Source of the DNA: Okamejei kenojei
Lineage: Eukaryota
DNA length: 64,000 nucleotides
NCBI GenBank assembly: GCA_035221665.1
Contig: CM069154.1
Location: 5,952,001 to 6,016,000 of the forward strand
Reading direction: 5' to 3'
Shown piece after piece: positions 1-12,261 of this stretch (positions are counted from its first letter, which is position 1; the number at the start of each line of letters is the position of its first letter). Made by a program: the position numbers and the translations under genes. The notes under the pieces were generated by a model. It did no database searches, had not been told where the DNA came from, and worked only from the letters and a program-made list of their open reading frames with translations.

Positions 1-362
1 GAAGCAGGGTGGGAGGAAGAGTAGTCCAGGTAGCTGTGGGAGTCAGTTGGTTTGTAGTGGATGTAGATCAGGAGTGTATCACCTGCAATAGAGATGGTGA
101 GGTCAAGGAATGGTAGGGAAATGTCGGAAATGGTCCAAGTGTATTTGAGTGCCGGATGGAAGTTGGTGGTGAAATGGATGAAGTCGGTCAGTTGTGCGTG
201 GGTGCAGGAGGTGACACCAAAGCAGTCGTCGCTGTAACAGAGGTAGAGGTCGGGGATGGGTCCCTGGTACGCCGAGAACAAGTATAGTTCGACGTACCCA
301 ATAAAAAGGCAAGCGTAGCTGGGGCCCATGCGTGTGCCCATAGCTACGCCTTGTGTTTGGAA
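1..362 (-). mobile_element. Penelope-like retroelement RT fragment (paralog of 18601-18962)
   Basis: Minus strand reads QTQGVAMGT.MGPSYACLF, a PLE RT motif; collinear with 18601-18962. Confidence 0.85.
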
Positions 363-805
363 ATAGGGCATTTGGCCGTTTCAGACAAATGCATTCACAT
401 GATTCCTGTGTCAATCCTATCTTTATTTTCCCTACTTTCACATCAACTACCACTACCGTCCAACACCCTCCCTCCCCGCCCCACCCCACCCATTCTTCAC
501 AGATTCAGCCGCTCTCCTGTACACACGGGCAGCTTACAACTGGCATGTGTTTGGGAGCTGGAAGGAAACTGGAGAATTTAAATGAAACCAACACAATTAA
601 AGGCTAATCATACAGACCACACATAGACAGCAGTACATGTCGTGGCGTTGTGAGGCTGAGGCTGTGCCACTGTGCCTCAGGTCAATACTCTCATGCATTT
701 AATGCTAGTGAAAGGAAGGCACAACTTTCTCCCAATTAAAGCATTCCCAATCAAAACTCCAGCAATTAGTACATTGTAACTTTAATTGGAAACAGAGTGG
801 TTTAC

Positions 806-854
806 CTTGCAGAGTAATTGGATGTTATCGAATTTTCACAAGAATATTCATGAC
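806..854 (-). CDS. Receptor gene 1 stalk exon (GHEYSCENSITSNYSA+AG)
   Basis: ttccaacag|GT...GCAAG|gtaaac; phase 1 in, phase 2 out; identical copy at 19527-19575. Confidence 0.75.
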
Positions 855-1052
855 CTGTTGGAACAAGGAAATTAAAGTCAAGTTTCACTGCTTTTCACTT
901 GCAGTTGAACAAGTAGGTATGATTTTCCGATGTAAGGAGTTGATAGGCTTAACAGACAGGGTAATGGTTCTTCCGTGTGATTTGCAGCAAATGGGAGATG
1001 TTATCAAAACAAGCAGGCGTGCTGGTAAAAAACTCTGGCGCCAGGTGTAGAC

Positions 1053-1330
1053 GGCACGGTGGCGCAGCGGTAGAGTTGCTGCCTTACAGCGCCAGAGGCA
1101 AGGGTTCGATCCTGACTACGGATGCTGTCTGTACGGAATTTGTACCTCCTCCTTGTGACCGCGTGGGTTTTCTCCAAGCTCTCCAGTTTCCCCGCATTCT
1201 GAAGTCGTGCAAGTTGGTTGGTTAATTGGCTTCTGTAAATTGTCCCCACTGAACTAGTGTACTGGTGATTACTGGACGTTGTGTACTCAGTGGGCCGAAG
1301 AGCCTGCTTCCACGATGCATCCATAAACTA
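1053..1330 (+). mobile_element. tRNA-derived SINE (HE1/V-SINE-like); further copies at ~13500-13730(-), 19773-20050(+), 26250-26430(-), 27120-27300(+), 33710-33935(+), 34600-34865(+), 35165-35540(+), 57150-57447(-), 58028-58305(-)
   Basis: Pol III A box TGGCGCAGCGG and B box GGTTCGATCC, shared body, (TAAAC)n tail. Confidence 0.8.
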
Positions 1331-2029
1331 ATCAAAAGGGTGAAATTTCACTTGAGAGGGGTATTGCTTGGGATGGAACATTACACTGATGGGGGGGGGG
1401 GGGGGGGGGCTGGATAGGGGTTTTATAAAATTCCATGCAGGACAAGTGAGGAAGGGGGAACCTATTACAGGTGTGCAAAATTGTGAGCAGCATAGATAGG
1501 GTATTTTTAGAACATATTGCATGACATATAGTATTGATAGTACTGAATGGTCAATATTAACACAGTGGACCAAATCTAATACCATCGTCAAGGAGATAAC
1601 TGTTGCCACATTTACAATAATATCTGATCCCTTCCCATATTTGAGTGATGGTCTTGTGGAGATGATGGGAAGTGAAAGTGCTTGGACTGATGTCACTGCA
1701 AACCTAGTTTAAAGCTGTGTAAACATAAGAGGAAGTTCTAGCCGGGAAGCTGGCCTACACCAGCACTGGGAAATCTATTTCTGGAGCCCAGCAACCACAT
1801 ATTGACCAATGGGCAATAATTCCATCATTTTAATCTTGATAAGTTAATTAAATAACGTGCATGGATTTCAGGGTGTTGGGGTTATGGGGAGAAGGCAGCA
1901 GAATGGGGTGAAGAGGGGAAGATAGATCAGCCATGATTGAATGGTTTATTTCTACTTCTATCACTTGTGATCCTATGAACCACCCCACCCCCACTTCCCC
2001 TTCTTCTCCACATTGCCTCCACTACTTAC

Positions 2030-2350
2030 CAGTGCCGTTGATTTTCACTAGGAAACTGCAGGACACGTCACTGCTGGAGCTGGACACATTGACCATTTCA
2101 CTGGATTTTGATCCACGTTGATTGGCGGCTGTGCAATAATATTGATGGTGCTGGTGTTTGAAGGATTGACAATGTAGGTCTAGGGCATTGTTGTCTGAGA
2201 TATCTGAATCCACAGATGGGGTCTTTTCATACCAGGTGTAGCTAATGGGAAGGGATCCCCGGACCGACTCACAGGACACTGTCACTGAGCCCCCAAGACA
2301 GGAGACATTGGCTGGTGACAGAAATACAAGCACAGGAACAGACACGGGTT
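2030..2350 (-). CDS. Receptor gene 1 C2/I-type Ig domain exon
   Basis: cccacag|AA...ACT G|gtaagt; 321 nt, phase 1-1; EPVSVPVL..VSC..YTWY..YYC. Confidence 0.9.
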
Positions 2351-3480
2351 CTGTGGGAAAGGAGCAAACAGTCAGACACTGAGTGAACATCTGAAAATCA
2401 AAACACTCGCCAATATTCACCATCTCTGTATCTTAGCCAAAGCCGGCAGGTTGGAATCTGACCCATCCATCTACATAGAAGTCATACAGTGTAGAAACAG
2501 GCCCTTCGGTCTAACTTGCCCGCACTGACCAACACGCCCAATCTGCACTAGGTCCCCACCTGACCTTTCTTGGCCCTTAACCCTCTAAACTTATCCTATT
2601 CATGTACCTGTCCAAATTTTTCTTAAATGTTGCAAGAGTACCTGCAATAACTACTTCCGTCTGCAGTTCGCTTCATCTACCTACCAACCTTAGTGTAAAA
2701 ACGTTACTCCCCAGACACTTGATAAATTACTCCACCCTCATCTTAAATCTATGTCCTCTGGTTCTCGATTCCCCTGTGTATGCACAAACGCATTTATGAA
2801 GTAAATCGACAGGGACTCACTCCAGTACAGATAAGGACAATGTCCCAGCTCAGATATTGCATTTCAAAGCGACAGCCAAATTGCCCGTCAGAAAGCTCCT
2901 TCTCCTCACAATCCATTTACCAGATATGTACATCTCTGTGTCTCTCCATCCTCCCAGCTGCCAGAACAACCATGTCTGCCACTGTACCAGTACACAGCAG
3001 TACCATCTCTATTTGTTTTGTATTTCCAGCATCTGCAGTATTTTTAATCTGAAACTCTGCCACAAATCTACAATACCAACATTCAAACACTTCATTAATG
3101 CAACATTATCACTATCAACAACTTTTTAATTTCCTTGTATAAAATTGTTGATAGTGATACTGTTGCACTAATGAGACGTGTGAATGGCGGTATTGTAGAA
3201 TTGTGTTTAGGGAGCAAATGGGAAAGTGGAATAACATAGAACTAGTGTGACCGGTGATCGCTAGTCGGTGTAAACTCATTGGGCCAAAGGATCCGTTTCC
3301 ATGTTGCATTTGTAAACTACAACTAAATATCCGGGTGAACCTTTTCTGTAACCTCTCCAAACCTCTCACTTCTTTTGTTTTATAAAGCGGGGACCAGAAC
3401 TGTGCACCAGACTCCCACCTAACAAATGTTTTGTGTGGATGCCAAAGTGGAGACATCAAGTCACTCGCTGAGAAACCTAC

Positions 3481-3639
3481 CTTCAGATACTTGGAGATGT
3501 ACTTTAAATGTTGGTTCGCCAGATGTAGTAATTCCACATCTGTACCATCCTGTATCTCCAGAGCAAAGATCCTCCACTGTCACAGTAAATATTCCTCAAC
3601 GGCTCATCTACATCTCTGTGAGTGTGCGAAGCCCAGAAA
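3481..3639 (-). pseudogene. Degenerate second V exon of gene 1 (truncated, two in-frame stops)
   Basis: ttcag|TT TCT GGG..TAG..TGA then GIFTVTVEDLCSGDTGWYRCGITTSGEPTFKVHLQVSE G|gtaggt. Confidence 0.8.
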
Positions 3640-4129
3640 CTGAAGAAGGTTAGAGTTGTAGAGAAACGAAAGAGGCCCATGACCAAACATGCCACTGCGG
3701 TAAATGACACCTTACTAATCCCCCCTCTTTAAATAGTTTCCATTACCTCTGTCCTCACTTTTCATCCGCACATCGTGGGAAAATGAACATGCTTCTCGTG
3801 ATTGATACATTTCTCTAAGTTCCTCGCTCAATCATTTCCACAGCAAGGAATAAAGTCTTAGTTTGTCCAATCGCTCTCTGCATCAATCGCATCCTGTCCA
3901 GGCAGCGTCGCCCTAAATCCTTTCTGGACGCTGTCCACCTCAAAGGCATTTTTCTTGGAGCTGAAGATCTAAAGCTCAACACAATTCCCAAAGAGCGGAT
4001 TCAACATCTGCACGTCTGAAGCTTATTATCTCAAATTATGTTCTGAATGTTCTCACTGATGAAGACCAGCGTGCAAAAAACCTTATTCAATGCCTTGGAA
4101 TTTAAAGGCGAAAACTAATTACGATCGCT

Positions 4130-5725
4130 TTAAGATAGACACAAAATGCTGGAGTAACTCAGCGGAGCAGGCGGCATCTCTCAAGAGAAGGAATGGGTGA
4201 CGTTTTGGGTCGAGACACTTCTTCAGCCTGAGAGTCGTGGGACAGGGAGAGAGAGAAATGGAAGGGTAAGATGTGAAAACAAGTCATCAAAGGTGACAAA
4301 GTTAAAGGAAATTGTAGAATGAATCATTGTCGACTGAAGGGAAGGTGACAACGAGGCATACAATCAGTAAAATAGAATCAGGGTGACAGTGAAACTAAAT
4401 GGAGAACTAGGATGGAGGCAGGATGGAAAGGAGTAAAGCAAGGGTTACTTGAAGTTCATTGTTTTAACCGTAGTGACAAGGCCAGCTGCTTTAAATACCT
4501 GGGAGTCCACATCACAGAGGATCTGACATGGACAACACACACTGCCACACTGGTGAGTAAGGCATGGCAGTGCCTTTACCACCTCAGACAGCTGAGGAAA
4601 TTCAGAGTCTCTCTGAGAATCCTTCAGTGCTTCTACTCTGGGGCTATAGAAAGCATCTTGTCCGGCAACATCACAATCTGGTTTGGGAACAGCTCTGCCC
4701 AGGACAGGAAAGCTCTGCAGAGAGTAGTGCGTTCGGCCAAACGTACTATGGGAACTACACTCGCCCCCCTGCAGGACCTTTTCACCAGGAGGTGCAGATC
4801 CAGAGCCAGAACATTATGGGGGACCCCTACCACCCAACAACGGACTGTTCCAGCTGCTAAGGTCAGGCAAACGCCTCCGCTGTCATGCTGTGAAAGCAGA
4901 GATGATGAGACGGAGTTTCTTCCACAGGCCATCAGGACTGTAAACTTATCTCACCAGGGACTCATTCACTGTCCTAATTTACCATTGTGTTGTGGCTTAA
5001 AAAAATAATCTCTTCTAACATGTAAATACTGAATCTGTTTCATTCCATTCTATTCTGTACTTTGTGTGCAATCCGCAGGCATTGCCACTTTCATTTCACT
5101 GCATATCTTGTATGTGTATATGACAAATGAAGTTACTTGTCTTGTCCCTGTCGCTCAAAACACTAGGTTGTAAGCTGCCCAAGTGAAATATGAGGTGCTG
5201 TTCCTCTAATTTGCCTTTGACCTCACTCTGACAGTGGAGGAGGTCCAGGACAGAAAGGTCAGTTTGGGAATGGCAGGGGGAATTAAAGTGTTTAGCAATC
5301 GGGACTTAGCGTAGGCCGAGGCAGACTGAGCGGAGTTGTTCAGCGAAACGATCACCGAGTCTGTGCTTGGTCTCGCCGATATATAGGAGTTCACACCTGG
5401 AACAGCCAATATAGTTGACGAGGTTGGAGGAGATGCAAGTGAACCTCTGCCTCACCCGAAAAGACTGTTGGAGTCCTTGGACAGAGTAGACGGAGGAGGT
5501 ATAGAGACAGGTGTTGCATCTCCTGCAGTTGTAGGGGAAGGTACCTGGGGAGGGGGTGGTTTGGGTGGGAAAGGACGAGTTGACCAGGGACTTGTGGAGG
5601 GAACGGTGTCATCGGAAAGCAGAAAGCGGTTGTGATGGAAAGATGTGGCTAGTGGTGGGATCCCGTTGGAGGTGGTGAAAAAGTCGGAGGATTATGTGCT
5701 GTGTGCGACGGCTGATGGGGCGAAA
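4130..5725 (-). mobile_element. Penelope 3' fragment (GIY-YIG end plus pLTR with degenerate hammerhead at 4199-4226), interrupted by a Rex1-type LINE
   Basis: Homology to 17444-18360; QRFTCISSNL..RLGDRFAE motifs. Confidence 0.75.
4476..5146 (+). mobile_element. Rex1/Babar-clade LINE 3' fragment
   Basis: FKYLGVHITEDLTW..LYHLRQLRKF..ESILSGNITIWFG..LQRVVRSA; (CTTGT/A)n-like tail. Confidence 0.8.
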
Positions 5726-5832
5726 GATTTGTTTATTGTGCTTACCACCAGGGAAATATCCGGGCGGAGAGGCTGGCTGGCTGGCTGCCGGGCGGTGGGT
5801 GGACAGTGGCTGCTGGGGGTGTGGGCACATTG

Positions 5833-6575
5833 AAACATAAAACGTAGAAAATAGGTGCAGGAGCAGGCCATTAGGCCCTCCGAGCCAGCACCACCATTCA
5901 TTGTGATCATGGCTGATCATCCGCTATCAATAACCCAGGCCTGCCTTCTCCCCAAATCCCTTGACTCCGATAGCCCCTAGAGCTCTATCTAACTCCCTCT
6001 TAAATCCATCCAGTAATTTGGCCTCCACTGCCCTCTGGGGCAGAGAAGTCCATAAATTCACAACTCTTTAGGTGAAAAAGTTTTTTCTCACCTCAGTCTT
6101 GAATGACCTCCCCTTTATTCTAAGTGTGGCCAGTGGTTCTGGACTCGCCCAACTTTAACCATATAACCATATAACAATTAATACCATATAACATTAACCA
6201 TATAACCATATAACAATATAAAATATAACCATATAACCATATAACAATTATAATAACTTTGCGAACATTTTTCCTGCATCTAGCTTGTGCAGTCCTTTTA
6301 TAGTTGTATACCTTTCTATAAGATCCCCCTCAACCTTCTAAACTCTAGTGAATACAAGCCTAGTCTTTTCGAATTTTATTCATATGACAGTCGCGCCACC
6401 CCAGGGATCAATCTCGTGAACCTACGCTGCACTGCCTCAATCACAAGGATGACCTTCCTCAAATTAGGAGACCAAAACTGTGCACAATATTCCAGATGTG
6501 GTCTCACCAGAGCCCTATACAACTGCAGAAGAACCTCTTTACTCCTATACTGAAATCCTCTTGTTATGAACATTC
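5833..6575 (-). mobile_element. CR1 LINE 3' fragment
   Basis: LYRALVRPHLEYCAQFWSP..VQRRFTRLIPG; (TTTCTATG)-type tail; absent from the paralogous gene 3 intron (~62860-62900). Confidence 0.9.
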
Positions 6576-7053
6576 CATTAGCTTTTGAGGGAGAGAGAGA
6601 GGGCGCGCAGAGTGGGGAGCGAGTGACTGATCCCAGAAGTGGGGGCGGGGAGCGGGCTGGCCGTCCCCGGGAGGACTGAACGCTGTCTGTTGAGCTCTGG
6701 AGACGGATTCCATGTTTATGATTCTCCGGGTACTCAGACCGCGAGCAACATTTGTTTCTCACTGATCTGTCGGATAATTAGCTTGGAAGTCGGAATGCAA
6801 ACCTCTGAAAGGGTGATATTTCATACAGTTAAGTGGCAGGGTAATGTGCTGAGCTTCCCAGTTGAAGTGGGTGGCCGCTCAGTGGGACAGAGCTCGCACT
6901 TGGTGAGAGCAACATGAGTGGGGTTTCCCGACCCCCGCAGGTCTCTGCACTGCTGCGGAGCCTCGGGATATCGGTGTTGCCCTGACCCTTCCCGGAGAAA
7001 ACATCGATCAGGCATTTCAGTGGAGACGTCAAGTCAATCGCTGCGAAACGTAC

Positions 7054-7362
7054 CGTCAGATATTTGGAGATGTACGTTAAATAGTGGATGGTCGGCAGAT
7101 GTTGTAATTCCACAACGGTACCATCCTGTATCTGCAGCGTGAAGATCCTCCACAGTCACAGTAAATATTCCTCGTGCCGGGCTATCTGTGATTGACATTC
7201 TTCCACTCCGTCCGTGTCGCCCACTTGTTGCCACTGCACACCGTTTCCTCCACCAATCACACCAGTATTTTGTGTGTGAGCGGTACTCTGCTGCATAGTG
7301 ACAATCGATTGTGATCGCTCTTCCCACAACTCCTCTTATATACCTATCTCCCCACACTGCAC
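7054..7362 (-). CDS. Receptor gene 1 Ig V exon, CD300/pIgR-like
   Basis: tttcag|GT GCA..TCT GAC G|gtacgt; 309 nt; IDCHY..KYWC..C..DTGWYRC with extra C-C' Cys pair. Confidence 0.92.
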
Positions 7363-8448
7363 CTGAAATTGAGGGGAGAAACTTTCAGATGGAGAGCAAA
7401 TGAACTGTTTAATGGAAATAGATATATTTTGAAGATTACATGAAATAAAACTTAAATCGTTCCATGATGTGTCATATTGCTTCACGACCAATGTCTCCGG
7501 TCTGAAGTGCAGGCAGTGCTGTTATTGTACCAGTTGTGTCAGTGTTCTGACCCCGGGTCAGTACAATTAGGGTTCACTTCCCACTCCAGATCCCTGAGCA
7601 GAAACTGGACTGGGATCGCAGTGCGGCACTGAGGGAGCGCGGCAGTGTTGCAGGAGCTGCCTTTCAACAATCCCAGGCGGTGCCCGGCCTATCACCCGAC
7701 AGATAGACCCCACTTTGCTATTTCATTGGAGGTGCCGCCGGCTGCGCTGCCAACATTCATCTCTCAACCGATGGTGGGCCGGACCCGTGTTTAGACATTC
7801 ACTGCCTTTACAACGCCCTGACTGAGGACAGAGGACGGACGGGTTACAATAAAGCGGGTCCGTTACCGGAAAGCGATAGGAGCGTGAAAACTCACAACGC
7901 CAGATTTGGGGACAATTTTATTCCCAGCTGTTATCCGGAACCCGAATCGTCCTACCACGACAGAGAGCTGTGCTGAACTTCTTTGTACCTCTTTGATGAC
8001 CCTCGGACTACCCTTGACCGGACTTTGCTGGCTTTACCTTACACTAAACGTTATTTCCTTTTCGTGTATCTATGCACTCGATTGTAATCATATATTGTCT
8101 TTCTGCTGGCTGGTTAGCAGGCAACAAAAAGCGTTTCACTGCACCTCGGTCCACGTGACAATAAACTAAACTGAATTGGGAGCCAAATGTCCCGCTGCTC
8201 ATCGGGGACAGGTTCTGTTCTCAATTTAAACTATCATCAGGATGCAATTAGGCCATGTGACAACAGTGGTTAAACTACGAACATAGTCCATAGATTCAAA
8301 TGTGATTTCAGATCCATTACCACAATGCACTGGTTTTATTTCCTCCATTACATGTCCACACACACTTAACCATCTCTGCTGTAGAAAGGGTGCACGGGAC
8401 CCCAACTAACATCGATTATTGGAATATCAACATCTGGCTTTCACTCAC

Positions 8449-8485
8449 CGAGCAGCGAGGAGATGAGAAGAATGGGAATCCACAT
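8449..8485 (-). CDS. Receptor gene 1 signal-peptide exon MWIPILLISSLL(G)
   Basis: ATG..CTC G|gtgagt; 37 nt, phase 1 matches the V exon; paralog at 26573-26609. Confidence 0.85.
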
Positions 8486-9647
8486 TGTTTTATCCATAGT
8501 GACAAGGCCAGCACTTGTCTGCCAGTCGCTCAGCTCTGAGCTCTCAGATACAACCGCATCTCTCAATTTAACAATGAGGAAGAAGCGAACGGGACGTCAG
8601 ATCCTGGGCCACAGCGAGTCAGCAGCTGTTCGCACGTTGTAGTGTGAAAGGCTCAGGGTAATATTTCGCAAATGGTTGGGTCAGATGATCACAGAGTCAT
8701 ACAGCACGGAAACGCCCCTTCTCCCCAACTCGTTAGACCATTATGCTCCTCTAAGTTAGTCAAATTTAACCACATCCCCCCAAACCCATATCTCCCCCAA
8801 ACCTTCCCTATCCATGGGCCTGTCCAAGTGCCCGTTACGTGTCGTTATTGCAGCTGCTTCAACTACTTCGTCAAGTGTGATGTGTCCGTAAGGATGGAGC
8901 AGCGGTTATCTCTTGACGCAAAGCCTGTTAACACTGTGCAGTGGTGGATATATTGATAGACTAAAAATGTAGGAGCCTCTCTGCCGGCCAGCCAGCACCT
9001 CTGGAGAAAATGGATCAGTGACGTTTTGGGTCGGGACCCCTCATGTAAACAATGAGACGTTGGATAAAATATGACATTTAAAAGAGTAGAAACGTCTAAG
9101 ATGTGTACACTTCCGGATCATTCCCTCTTGATGATTTTGTAAGTGGACCGGCAGGTCAAAGATATAATCATTGGAACTTTTGTTTAGGCATATTACTGTT
9201 GACAAGGGGCAAAACCGGAAGCTGGCGTTAGGAAGTAGGGGATTTTCACCTGAAATCAGCTAAGTTTAATTGGAGTTTGACAATCTCCTCTCTGCCTCAA
9301 CTCTTTCATTCAAACTTTGAAACACTATTGTCATGATATTCACGTTTTGAAAATGACATTTAATGGTGGATTGGACTGTGAAGACGTTTCTCTAGAATTA
9401 CCATAGGATGGAGATCAGCTGGGAAAGCGAGATGTGGAATGTAACTCAAACAAGCGTGAAGTAATACACTTGGTGAAGTTAAAGCAATGCAGAATATGCA
9501 CAATGAATTGAATTGTTAACTTGTCTTTTTTGCAATCCAGAGCTAATAAATTATCAGGGTTGTCTTCATGTACATTCCATTGGCTGATTTTGTACATCTG
9601 TTTGCAACGATTTCATTCTGTCGGCAGCTAGTTGCTTTATATTATAA

Positions 9648-10790
9648 CAAGTCAAGTCAAGTCAAGTTTGTTCGTCACATACACATACGAGATGTGCAGT
9701 GAAATGAAAAGTGGCAATGCTCGCCGAAGTGCAAAAGACAAACAAACAAACAAACAAACTACAAACAGAATCACATATTCTTTTACATATTAAATATTGT
9801 GGGAGGAAGGGAAAAGGGAAAAAAACAGCAATTGAAAAAAAAACAGTAGAATGGTACAGTAAAGTTAGTCCCTGGTGAGATAGGAGTTTATAGTCCTAAT
9901 CGCCTCTGGGAAGAAACTCCTTCTCAACCTCTCTAGCTCTCACAGCATGGAACAGTCCGTTGCAGGGGTGGAAGCGGTCTCCCATGATCTTATTGGCTCT
10001 GGAGTTACACCTTCTGATGTGTAGTTCCTGCAGGGGGGCGAGTGTAGTTCCCATAGTGCGTTCCGCTGAACGCACTACTCTCTGCAGAGCCTTCTTGTCC
10101 TGGGCAGAGCTCATCCCAAACCAAATCGTGATATTTCCGGACAAGATGCTTTCCACAGCCGCTGATTAGAAGCATTGGAGGATCCTCAGAGACACTCAGA
10201 ATTTACTTAATTGCCTGAGGTGGTAAAGGAACTGTCTTGCCTTACTCACGAGTGCTGCAGCGTGTGATGTCCATGTCATATCCTCAGAGATGTGGACTCC
10301 CAGGTATTTAAAACAGCTCACCCTATCCACAGTATCCCCATTTATCCTCAATGGTGTGTACGTCCTCGGATGACCCTCCTAAAGTCCACGATCAGCTCCT
10401 TAGTTTTTTTGGTGTTCAAGAGGAGGCTGTTGTCCTGACACCAGAGTGCCAGATCAGCCACCTCCTCCCGGTAGGCCTTCTCATCGTTGTCTGAGATCAG
10501 GCCCACCACCACAGTGTCATCAGCAAACTTGATTATCGGGATGGAGCTGGACCTAGCCACACAGACATGCGGGTACAGGGAGTACAGTAGGGGGCTGAGG
10601 ACGTAACCCTGGGGCGGGGGGGGGGGGGGGGGGGGGGGATCCTGTGCTCAGGGTGAGGGACTTCGGTGTATTTCCCCCCATCTTGCCTACATGGGGCCTG
10701 GTGGAGAGAAAGTCCAGGACCCAGGCAGACAGGGGGGTGTTCAGCCCCAAATCCAGTAGCTTCTCGGCCAGTCTGGTGGGGACTATCGTG
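9648..10790 (-). mobile_element. Rex1/Babar-clade LINE, 5'-truncated and degenerate
   Basis: IIKFADDTVVVGLIS..LLLNTKKTKELIVDFR; (CTTGA)n tail at 9648-9667. Confidence 0.85.
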
Positions 10791-11514
10791 TTGCAATATT
10801 GTGGCAATCAGTGGCAATATTGTGCATCAGTGGCAATATTGTGCATCATGTGGTATGGGTGTAACACACTGACGTGTCCGCCTGATGTTAGCTGAGCGTT
10901 GGCGACCCCCAGTAAATTATGTTTTGTTCAGAGCTATTTCCTGTTCACCAAAAACACTGCAGAGAGGAACCGAAGATGCAGCAAAACAATTTAATTCTGT
11001 CTTCATTCGCCTTTGACCCATGTCTTCTGCTAACACTGCTCAGCAAATAGTGTTACAGCGAACTGCTCGCAAGATGCGGTTCAGATGTACAAATCCACAC
11101 ACCCTTGTATCAGCAGCGCGAGCAAAGTGTCAGCACTGCAGAACAATTCAGTGTAAAGAAAGAAATGACTGTTTGAACATATTAGATTAAAGTACATTCC
11201 AAGTCAGCACCCACCATTAAAACAACATTGGCATCGACCAGAAATGTCACCCATTCTTTCCATCCATTGAAATCTATCTATCTGTGGCATCTTAGACCGT
11301 CTATCTCTCACTATCTGTGAGGCACTTTGGGATGCCTTGCAGTGGGGAAAAGCTCCAATTTAAGATCATTCCTCCCATTGGACCATTAACAAACTCAATT
11401 TGAACGGGCCGGGCAGCATCAGTGTGGCCACAGAATTTGCAAGTATCTCTGGCTATTCAGCACCCCTCAGATGTTCATGACCTGGGGGTATGTGAGTTCA
11501 AAGCAGCCTCTGGT

Positions 11515-11893
11515 CGCCGCATCTGCTCCCAGGATGAGGTGTTCCACACCAGGTCATCACAAATGGCCTCATTCTTCAGAGAACGGGGATTCCCCTCCCC
11601 CACTATTGATGAGGCTCGCACCAGGGTCTCCTCCATACCCCGCAACACTGCCCTCTCTCCCCATTCCCCCACTCGCAAACAGGGCAGAGTCCCCCTGGTC
11701 CTCACCTTTCACTCCACCAGCCGGCAAATACAACATATAGTCCTCCGCCAGTTTCGCCAAAAAAAACCAGTCTGAAGAAGGGTCTCGGCCCGAAACGTCG
11801 CCTATCTCCTTCGCTCCTTAGATGCTGCTGCACCCGCTGAGTTTCTCCAGCTTTTTGTGTACCCTCGATTCTCCAGCATCTGCAGTTCCTTCT
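11515..11893 (+). mobile_element. Penelope internal fragment fused through an A-run to a hammerhead-bearing pLTR segment
   Basis: RRICSQDEVFHTRSSQMASFFRERGFP is near-identical to the 17771-18970 element; pLTR starts at 11768. Confidence 0.85.
11772..11799 (+). ncRNA. Minimal type I hammerhead ribozyme motif
   Basis: CTGAAGA-A-GGGTC TC GGCCC-GAAAC GTC: CUGANGA core, stem II, GAAA, GUC cleavage triplet. Confidence 0.75.
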
Positions 11894-12261
11894 TTAAAAA
11901 TCTGGTCTCATTTCCTCGTCTCCCCGCTTACTGTGTGGAGAATACCCAAAGTAATCCTTGAGTCTTTCCGAACTTTATGGTGGTTACTCCGTTATTGCAG
12001 GTCACCATTTTTTATTATCAAACAACATCCTTAACAGTTCTTTCATGAGCGGGGTGATAGTGACAATTCAGACTGAGGAAAGCAACACAATGTATTTTCA
12101 GTTTCACACCCCGTTCTTTGCAAGCTGCAACTCAACCATTGTGTCCTGCACAAGATTAGACTTTCCACTAGTTTAGTTTAGAGATACAGCGCGGAAACAG
12201 GCCCTTCGGCCCACCAAGTCCACACTGACCAGCGTTCGCCGCACATTAACACTACCCTAGC

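Larger units (their letters stand above)
363..2650. repeat. Segmental duplication, collinear with ~18963-21342 (gene 1 vs gene 2 3' region)
   Basis: Line-by-line near identity, including the SINE, stalk exon and C2 exon. Confidence 0.95.

Noticed and set aside
1057-1115. tRNA gene
   Set aside because: tRNA-like head continues into a multi-copy SINE body; no complete cloverleaf
7034-7053. Conserved read-through GTFRSD* after each V exon as a designed soluble isoform
   Set aside because: Explained by duplicated intron sequence; no nearby polyA support seen
7054-7362. Rearranging Ig/TCR V segment
   Set aside because: The exon includes its own G strand and ends in a splice donor; no RSS heptamer/nonamer follows
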